From IMG/VR virus record IMGVR_UViG_3300028048_003124: a stretch of DNA of 64,000 nt; one strand, written 5' to 3'. How positions within the stretch are numbered: the first letter of the stretch is position 1; each line of letters opens with the position of its first letter. Both the position numbers and the translations under genes were made by a program. Under the pieces are notes generated by a model. It saw only the letters and a program-made list of their open reading frames with translations, was not told the origin of the DNA and ran no database searches. Below, piece after piece: positions 57,627 to 64,000 of this stretch. The DNA comes from a virus. Taxonomy: Duplodnaviria; Caudoviricetes.

Positions 57627-57857
57627 ATGAATGATTTCATGGCGTATTGGGCAGAAAACTACCAATTGGGTATTGGTTTACTCTTTGGTATTGTTTTTCT
57701 GATATACATTACTGTTTCGGTATTAGCGATACGCTCCAAATGGAAGAGAACTGGCGATATTTCTGTATTAGGGATGTTGCCTTTGGTAAATATTGCATTG
57801 TTCTTTACAGGAAAGAAAAAGGTAAAAGAGGAAGCTATTGCCGATGATATGTTCTAA
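57627..57857 (+). CDS. Small membrane protein
   Basis: AAGGTG RBS, hydrophobic segments. Confidence 0.65.
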   Translation: MNDFMAYWAENYQLGIGLLFGIVFLIYITVSVLAIRSKWKRTGDISVLGMLPLVNIALFFTGKKKVKEEAIADDMF

Positions 57858-57871
57858 TTAGGGGTGATATT

Positions 57872-58168
57872 ATGAAAATTTGTAATAACTGCAATGTTGA
57901 AATAGATAGCGGTTGCGGTAAATGCCCTTACTGTAATGGCACATCCTTTACGAACATAGTGGGGTATGGTATAGCAGATAGAGTTAATGCAGATAAGGAT
58001 AGGAAAAAGAAAATGATAATCGGTGTTATCATTTGTGTTATATTGTTCTTATTAATTATAGCATACGCTGTAATTAGAGTTACTTATTTTGATCCGTATT
58101 CTGCATATTATAGAGGAGACATTACTTTTCCGAGTAGTGACGGAAGACCAGTGGGGTATTTTTTATAA
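57872..58168 (+). CDS. Zinc-ribbon + TM protein
   Basis: CNNC...CPYC; one TM helix. Confidence 0.7.
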   Translation: MKICNNCNVEIDSGCGKCPYCNGTSFTNIVGYGIADRVNADKDRKKKMIIGVIICVILFLLIIAYAVIRVTYFDPYSAYYRGDITFPSSDGRPVGYFL

Positions 58169-58335
58169 AACCTAGCAGCTTAATGATTTTAATTACAGAA
58201 TATAGTTTATAGTATGTATTTTCAAGGGCGGAGTATATCTTCGATATTGTGGAGTAGTATTGAGGAGCTACAAGACCTTTGTGAATATAAATCAGGTAAA
58301 AACCTAAAAACTAAATTGTAAAGGAGAAAACTTAA

Positions 58336-59415
58336 ATGCCTATTAGAAGACCTGAACCTATTAAGTTAACTGGCGCAGCTGCAAAGTCTGTGCAAAGCCA
58401 GCTTGGTGTACAGAATACATCAAGAGTTGCTCCGAAGAGCACTGATCCGAACTTCCCTGTTTTTGAGGTACCTCTGAATAAGAGAGTGCTTATCTATGTT
58501 CCCAACCATGTGGTTGATGACGAGAACGGAGAACCCACTCTTCGTATGGACAAGCCTCTTATCCATGCTGTACAGGATGGTAAGCGTTTCCTTTATTTCC
58601 GTTGCGTAAACGGTCTCGAAGTAAAGGACGATGACGGTAATATCCTTTATGACGGCAACTGTCCTCTGTGTGAGGGTACAAGCATTCCTTGGGATCTCGC
58701 AAATCTCAAGATTAAGCAGAAGTGTGCTTCTCTCGGTCTGGATCCTGAGGATAAGACAAACGATTCCGTAAAGTCTGTTCGTTCTGCTGAGTTCTCTGGA
58801 CGTGTTCTTAAGGAGTCCAACCGCTATTACACGTTCCCGATCGTTGTCATTGAGACTGAAAATGATGACGGCAAGACAATCAAGAAGGACGAGAACAATA
58901 AGCCTGTTTTCCATCCGATGTGGTATCACATTTCTGAGTCGCTGTACACCCAGAAGTGGCTCCCCACTCTCGAGGGTCTCGAGGATGAGCCTACCCATCC
59001 AGGTGGTCATTTCTTCGTTCTGAACTTCATCTACGATACAAAGGGTAAGGAACCCAACAAGAGAGATGCAGCTCGTAACGTGAATGTTATCTCCAGAACG
59101 ATTAAGCAGAGCGAGAAGCTGAGAGCTTATCTCGACAACGTAACTGAGGAATGGACTCCTGAGAAGGCGCAGTCCGTTGTACTCACTAACCAGCTGTATT
59201 CGATGGATGAGCTCCAGAATATTGCTGACAAGGTTCTTGAGAGTTCCAAAGATATGATTGCTCTGCTCGAAGCAGCTGAAGCGAGTGGTACTTCGGCGGT
59301 ATCGACTGGTTTCAACCTGACTCCCCCTGAAGAGAACAAGGCTCTTGGAGAGGGTACTGTCGCGATGGATGAAACAGACGAAGATGATAACTTTGGAGAT
59401 ATCGATCTCGGATAA
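58336..59415 (+). CDS. gp32-like single-stranded DNA-binding protein
   Basis: H...C...CPLC putative Zn site, RYYTFPIV, acidic tail DETDEDDNFGDIDLG, high-expression codon bias, position next to sbcC. Confidence 0.65.
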   Translation: MPIRRPEPIKLTGAAAKSVQSQLGVQNTSRVAPKSTDPNFPVFEVPLNKRVLIYVPNHVVDDENGEPTLRMDKPLIHAVQDGKRFLYFRCVNGLEVKDDDGNILYDGNCPLCEGTSIPWDLANLKIKQKCASLGLDPEDKTNDSVKSVRSAEFSGRVLKESNRYYTFPIVVIETENDDGKTIKKDENNKPVFHPMWYHISESLYTQKWLPTLEGLEDEPTHPGGHFFVLNFIYDTKGKEPNKRDAARNVNVISRTIKQSEKLRAYLDNVTEEWTPEKAQSVVLTNQLYSMDELQNIADKVLESSKDMIALLEAAEASGTSAVSTGFNLTPPEENKALGEGTVAMDETDEDDNFGDIDLG

Positions 59416-59445
59416 TTACCTTTTAAGTAGGGGTTAGTTTTTATT

Positions 59446-59490
59446 GGCGAGCATTGTGCTTCATAAAGAGTATAATGCTCGCCGTATTTT
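59446..59490 (+). terminator. Rho-independent terminator after the SSB gene
   Basis: GGCGAGCATT / AATGCTCGCC stem plus GTATTTT. Confidence 0.75.
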
Positions 59491-59512
59491 ATATAATAAG
59501 GTGAGTTGTGCT

Positions 59513-60655
59513 ATGTATAGTAGAATAGTTTCTGTTGAGGTTTTTAACTTCATGGTATATAACCACGCTGTTATTAGTTTCGATGAAGAAAATATTATAA
59601 ACATAAAAGGGTATAATAGCGGAGGTAAATCAACGATGCTTAAGGCTATCGCAGTTTGCCTAACTAATATGTATCCCAAAGCTCAGACGAAGTTCATTCG
59701 TCATGGAGAGAAGTACTTTCGTATTGTTGTAAAGTTTGAAGATGGCGTGAGCATTGTTCGCGATAAATATATAACAGGTCAGTCCCTCTACGAGATTTAT
59801 AAAGATGATAAGTGTGAGTTTACTACAAAAGAGGGCGGAAAACTTACAAAGGTAGATGCAGTACCTGATATTATTAGCAACTATCTTGGTTTGTGTGTAG
59901 TAAGTACTGGATGTCTTAATTATCAGGTACGTCAAGACCCCTTGTGGTTGATTGAAACAACGGGTAGTGAGAACTACAACAGTCTTAATGAAATTCTCAG
60001 AACTGAGGAAATTTCCAGGGCTGGAGCTATGCTAAACAGTGATAAGAACAAGCTAAACTCTGAAATAACTGGTATTGAGGCAAGCCTACAGGAGACAAGA
60101 TTTTCATTAAAAGAAATCAGTGGGTATTCTGCTGAACTGTTACAGGAGTTAGAAAAGAGGGAAGCTTTATGTAAGAGTTTGGTAGCTAAGTACAATAAGG
60201 TAGCCAGTATTTATGATACAGCTTACCAGCTAACTACGATTGAGGATATTCCTGATGTTTCTTTAATTGATGATAGAAGGTATAACAATATACTATCTGT
60301 TTCTAAGACTATTGATGACGTTGATAATACACCGTTCCTACCTGAGATTTCTTTAGTAGATGATAACAGGTTTGTTAAATTATCTGGTATCTTAGAAACA
60401 GTAAAAAATTTATCAGAAGTCAGAAAACCTTGCCCTGTTATAGATGCTGTAGATGTTTCTGCTGATAAGAGGATTGTAGGAATATCTTCTACTCTTGATG
60501 AGTTAAGGTCTGTTATGCATGATATAAAGGCTTTAGATACTGAGGAGAAGTCTGTAAAGGCTAAGTTAACATCTATTGTGGAAAAAGCAAGAGAAAAGGG
60601 TATTAAGTTCGTACAGTGTGATAACTGTGGAACATATATAGAGGTTGGAGTATAA
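59513..60655 (+). CDS. sbcC: SbcC/Rad50-like ATPase, N-terminal half only
   Basis: V.V.NF, Walker A GYNSGGKS, Q-loop RQ, coiled coil, ends CDNCG; start ATG 59513 after AAGGTG (the TTG at 59444 overlaps the terminator). Confidence 0.8.
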   Translation: MYSRIVSVEVFNFMVYNHAVISFDEENIINIKGYNSGGKSTMLKAIAVCLTNMYPKAQTKFIRHGEKYFRIVVKFEDGVSIVRDKYITGQSLYEIYKDDKCEFTTKEGGKLTKVDAVPDIISNYLGLCVVSTGCLNYQVRQDPLWLIETTGSENYNSLNEILRTEEISRAGAMLNSDKNKLNSEITGIEASLQETRFSLKEISGYSAELLQELEKREALCKSLVAKYNKVASIYDTAYQLTTIEDIPDVSLIDDRRYNNILSVSKTIDDVDNTPFLPEISLVDDNRFVKLSGILETVKNLSEVRKPCPVIDAVDVSADKRIVGISSTLDELRSVMHDIKALDTEEKSVKAKLTSIVEKAREKGIKFVQCDNCGTYIEVGV

Positions 60656-60680
60656 TATTTAAATCTCGAGGTGTTAGTGT

Positions 60681-61715
60681 ATGCCAGAATCATTAAAGGG
60701 TATTAAGTGTCCTTACTGTGGGGGAAGTGTACAAGTAAAAGAGGGCGATATGTTTGCAACTTGTCCTTTCTGTGGCTCTCAGTTTGAGGTAGATGCTAAA
60801 TCTACAGAGCAGAAGGCTTATGAGGCTTTTAAGGGTAGGTATAAAGCTGAAGCTGAATTTAATGAGGCTGAACGGAAAGCGAAGCAGGAATATGAGAAGG
60901 AGCAGTATAAACAATCAGAGCGTAGAGCAAGGAAAAAAAGAGTTAAAGCCAAGGTAGGAGGAGCAATAGGTTGTTTAACGCCTATTCTGATTTTTATCAT
61001 TATTGGCATCGTGGTTGTGAACTTCGGACCTAGTTGGATTGAAAAGATCGATTCAAAACTTGTAAACCCATCTACTTATATTGATGTATCTTTTGAAGGT
61101 CTTAATGGAAAGGGTAAGGTTGTTTACGCACTAAAAGAGGACGCTCCTTTTGAGATGTCTGATATTTCAACAAGTTGTTATAGGGACGGTGAGTTGGAAA
61201 ATGGTGAAAAGGTACAGGTACATTTTTCTCCTGTTGATAGCAACTCTCTTATTAAGAGTGTAGAAAAGTCCTATACTGTTTCTGGGTTAAAGGGTGCTGA
61301 GAAGAATTTGGACGATTTTACAGATAGCACATATGCTTCTATTGAAAGCAGTAGTAAAGCTCTATTAAAAGATGCTCTTGATGTTAATGAGAAGTCTTTC
61401 AATGGTATGTCAAGAGAAGCAGTATATTTAAGATATGATCCAGATACTGATACAAATGTTTTATATGATGTCTATAAGTTACATATAATTGGGGAGACCA
61501 GAGATCTCGGTACTTACATTGTTGGTGTTTGGTATGAAGATGCGACAATAAAATCAAATGGCGAATTGTCTTATAGTAGGAGCAGACAGTTTGGTGATTA
61601 TCATAGCTATACTTTCTCTAATGCTATATGGTGTTACAATTCAATAGATGAGTTTATATCCAACATGAAAAACAATAAGATAGATAGTCCAATATACTCC
61701 GAGAAGAGTTTTTAA
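60681..61715 (+). CDS. Zinc-ribbon, coiled-coil, single-TM membrane protein
   Basis: CPYCG...CPFCG; TM ILIFIIIGIVVV; extracellular domain. Confidence 0.75.
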   Translation: MPESLKGIKCPYCGGSVQVKEGDMFATCPFCGSQFEVDAKSTEQKAYEAFKGRYKAEAEFNEAERKAKQEYEKEQYKQSERRARKKRVKAKVGGAIGCLTPILIFIIIGIVVVNFGPSWIEKIDSKLVNPSTYIDVSFEGLNGKGKVVYALKEDAPFEMSDISTSCYRDGELENGEKVQVHFSPVDSNSLIKSVEKSYTVSGLKGAEKNLDDFTDSTYASIESSSKALLKDALDVNEKSFNGMSREAVYLRYDPDTDTNVLYDVYKLHIIGETRDLGTYIVGVWYEDATIKSNGELSYSRSRQFGDYHSYTFSNAIWCYNSIDEFISNMKNNKIDSPIYSEKSF

Positions 61716-61723
61716 GATAAAAT

Positions 61724-61912
61724 ATGATACAAGATTCCGCTAAGGTATTAAGGTTAAGGAACGAGATTGGTATGTCTCAAAAAGACCTAGCAAACAGGTT
61801 AGGGGTACAAGAAGATATAATCAAAAGTTGGGAGAGGGGGTGGAGAACCCCTCCCCAACATATGTTAAATAAAATAAGGAGGTTGCGTATAGGGTGTCTA
61901 ACGAACAGATAA
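61724..61912 (+). CDS. XRE-family HTH regulator
   Basis: LRNEIGMSQKDLANRLGV......WERG.R.P. Confidence 0.85.
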   Translation: MIQDSAKVLRLRNEIGMSQKDLANRLGVQEDIIKSWERGWRTPPQHMLNKIRRLRIGCLTNR

Positions 61913-62439
61913 GGATATATGACTTGGATGGTATTTTATACAGGCAGTATTGCGAAAAAGGTCTAGACGGTGTATTCTCTTTAATAAAGAGTGTAGGAAG
62001 TTCTCACAAAGATGTTTTTTATTTTGTAGATGATAAAGAGTATTATCGTACCTTGTTTGAAGAGAATCTATGCGTAGTAGCTTTAGATAAGGGTAAGGTG
62101 GTAGCTTCGTGTTGTTGTCTTATCGGTTCTAATATGCCAAAAGACGTAGTAGATGTTATTGGTGAGAGTGACATAGAATCGTCTATGCTATTAAAATCCT
62201 ATCAAGTACAAGAAGATTACCGTGGCAAAGGTATTGGTAAAAATATCATTAAGGTATTGCTACGAGAGGTAAGAATTAGTGGCTATAAGATAAAAAATGT
62301 TTACGCAACCGTTCATCCAGATAACATCCCCTGCCAGAGGGTATTAAAGGCTTGTGGTTTTGAAAGGATTGCCTACTCGGAAGATTTGTATGTAGGAGAA
62401 CCGAGGGATATTTTAAAACTCAGTATTGATGAGGTATAA
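61894..62439 (+). CDS. GNAT acetyltransferase
   Basis: VQEDYRGKGIG; TVHPDN.PCQRVLKACGF. Confidence 0.85.
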   Translation: MSNEQIRIYDLDGILYRQYCEKGLDGVFSLIKSVGSSHKDVFYFVDDKEYYRTLFEENLCVVALDKGKVVASCCCLIGSNMPKDVVDVIGESDIESSMLLKSYQVQEDYRGKGIGKNIIKVLLREVRISGYKIKNVYATVHPDNIPCQRVLKACGFERIAYSEDLYVGEPRDILKLSIDEV

Positions 62440-62929
62440 ACTTATGAGTAAGAAGAAGGTTTTGCTTGTCGTTGACTTGCAAAAACAGTTTGCAGATGGA
62501 AACGATAATGTTAGCTGTGAAAATATTGCAAACTACATAAAAGATAATGAGAAGGATTATGATTACGTTATTGTGACTATATTCTCTCAAGAGATTTATG
62601 GTTATAAAAATGATCTTTTTTCTGATAAGCTACACTGGGATGAGTGTGCTTCTTGTGGTGTAGATGATCTGCTAATAAATACTAACAAGAAATTAGTGCT
62701 ACTGAAAAACTCTTACGGAATAACATTAAAGGGTATTTTAGAGCGTGAAGATATAACTGTAGATCTTGTTGGTTGTAACGCAGATGCCAGCATATTAGCT
62801 ATATGTTTTAGGCTATGGGATAACCAATACGACTTCAGGGTATTATCAGATTACATATATTCAAAGAATACAGATAAGGGTGCATTGGTATCTTTGTTGA
62901 AGAGAAATTTCGGAGATTGTGTGGTTTAA
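62426..62929 (+). CDS. Isochorismatase/cysteine hydrolase family protein
   Basis: LLVVDLQKQF, K.SYG, LVGCNADASI. Confidence 0.8.
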   Translation: MMRYKLMSKKKVLLVVDLQKQFADGNDNVSCENIANYIKDNEKDYDYVIVTIFSQEIYGYKNDLFSDKLHWDECASCGVDDLLINTNKKLVLLKNSYGITLKGILEREDITVDLVGCNADASILAICFRLWDNQYDFRVLSDYIYSKNTDKGALVSLLKRNFGDCVV

Positions 62930-63449
62930 CATGGATAGGTATATGCTTAGAAGTGCTACAAAAGATGATATAAAAAGTATCTATAGATTGATACAGCTTG
63001 TTGGTGAAGCCGCTGATAGTGAGATGTTCAGCTACAGTAAGAGCTACTCTTATTATGAAAAGATTATAGCTGAGAATCCTGTAGTTGTAGCTGTTCTAAA
63101 TGATGAGATTGTTGGCGCATTTCTATCTTACATACAAGATGATGATCCTTTAGGTGTTTATAAAGAGCTGGGTATCAAAAACCCAGTAGGTGTAGCTTCT
63201 TTAGAAGAGTGTGTGGTTGATGAAAAACATAGAGGTCATAAGCTGGAGCAACGTATGGGTGTACGCTTAATTGATCATATAAAAGCTATGAGTAAGTATT
63301 ACTATTATAACATACATAGGGTATATGTTACAGTACATCCTAAAAATACGCCAAGTGTAAGATCTCTAGATAATATAGGTTTTAAGCTAGCAAAAAAGAC
63401 TAAGCTATATGGTGAAAAGACACGGTATATACTGGTTATGAATATATAA
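62919..63449 (+). CDS. GNAT acetyltransferase (paralog of 61894..62439)
   Basis: VDEKHRGHKL; TVHPKNTPS...GF...LY...R.IL. Confidence 0.85.
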   Translation: MWFNMDRYMLRSATKDDIKSIYRLIQLVGEAADSEMFSYSKSYSYYEKIIAENPVVVAVLNDEIVGAFLSYIQDDDPLGVYKELGIKNPVGVASLEECVVDEKHRGHKLEQRMGVRLIDHIKAMSKYYYYNIHRVYVTVHPKNTPSVRSLDNIGFKLAKKTKLYGEKTRYILVMNI

Positions 63450-63554
63450 ATACTGTTATTGAAAAGTAATGTTTTCTTGAAGATTTTTTGAGATACGTTA
63501 TTTTGTAGTATCTGTTATTTATGTTTAATAGGTTAGGAAGGTGAAGATATATTT

Positions 63555-64000
63555 ATGAGCCGTATTGAAAGCTATGACATTCATGGTGGCAAAATCCTTT
63601 TGTTTGGAGATTTGCATATCAGTAGCTCATTTGTAGGGCAGCATAAGAATTATGTATATGAATGTTATAAGGCTATGGACCTTATTAAAGAAAAGGTAGC
63701 TAAAGAGAATGCAAGTGCTGTTATTTTCTTAGGTGATTTATTTGGTGTATCTGAGAAGAACATTAGAGACAGACAGTTTTTGATGCGTACACACAATTTT
63801 TTCAAGTTGTTGAATCAGTCTACCAACGGTAACGTGTTTAGCGTAAAAGGTAACCACGATATGGGTGATTTCACTGATTTTGATTACTTCGAGGGTACTG
63901 GTTTAATTAAAAACCCTCAGTACATAAACTATTATGGTAGAAAACCAGGAAGTAAAGTCGATGACGGTCTTGAGGTACGTTTTCATCTCGTTAATTATGG
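63555..64000 (+). CDS. sbcD: SbcD/Mre11-like metallophosphoesterase nuclease (runs off the window end)
   Basis: Translated by hand: FGDLH, FLGDLF, KGNHD. Confidence 0.85.
   Translation, partial: MSRIESYDIHGGKILLFGDLHISSSFVGQHKNYVYECYKAMDLIKEKVAKENASAVIFLGDLFGVSEKNIRDRQFLMRTHNFFKLLNQSTNGNVFSVKGNHDMGDFTDFDYFEGTGLIKNPQYINYYGRKPGSKVDDGLEVRFHLVNY

Noticed and set aside
43385-57857. Shared acidic-Phe C-termini (GDDF, EEEDF, ADDMF) as SSB-tail mimics
   Set aside because: The motif is too short and the proteins too dissimilar to support a common function without data
58802-59023. Alternate-frame + strand ORFs (84..266, 57647..57847, 58802..59023)
   Set aside because: Nested inside better-supported genes, with no RBS
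470-61009. Numerous minus-strand ORFs of 60-196 aa in the ORF track
   Set aside because: Nearly all lie antisense to well-supported + strand genes, lack RBSs and show no recognisable motifs; treated as shadow ORFs
15333-63452. T4-late-like TATAAATA boxes upstream of 15384, 51303 and 63555
   Set aside because: Several occurrences are expected by chance in sequence this AT-rich, and distances to the starts are inconsistent
1-64000. Alternative genetic code (TAG or TGA reassignment)
   Set aside because: Long conserved genes are intact under code 11, and TAA, TAG and TGA all terminate genes followed by new RBS/starts; only one isolated in-frame TGA was seen
1-64000. tRNA, rRNA, CRISPR array, IS/transposase, integrase
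   Set aside because: None recognised; intergenic gaps are short and show no repeat-spacer or cloverleaf patterns by eye

Overview
AT-rich window (about one third GC by eye) with essentially every credible gene on the + strand, Bacillota-type RBSs (GGAGG/GAGGTG) and repeated SigA-like promoters. It looks like the replication/recombination region of a very large extrachromosomal element, either a jumbo phage or a megaplasmid/phage-plasmid; no capsid, terminase or relaxase was recognised here. Core genes: type IIA topoisomerase B and A, DnaB, RuvC-like resolvase, dCMP deaminase, family A DNA polymerase, HolA-like subunit, YhaM-like HD nuclease, RecD2-like helicase, gp32-like SSB, SbcC/SbcD. Several enzymes are encoded as separated halves: NAD-dependent ligase (about 11 kb apart), DnaG primase (about 39 kb apart), an SbcC ending at its zinc hook, and possibly a sigma factor (one sigma region-2-only protein plus four sigma4-alphaCTD fusion paralogs). 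Accessory cargo includes a Hef-like homing endonuclease, a duplicated membrane protein + membrane-anchored lysozyme pair, an AbiE + split-HipA operon, a fused HipA, five proteins sharing an ungapped 45-aa C-terminal module, signal peptidase I and an HTH-GNAT-isochorismatase-GNAT operon. All calls come from motif recognition by eye; no searches were run.
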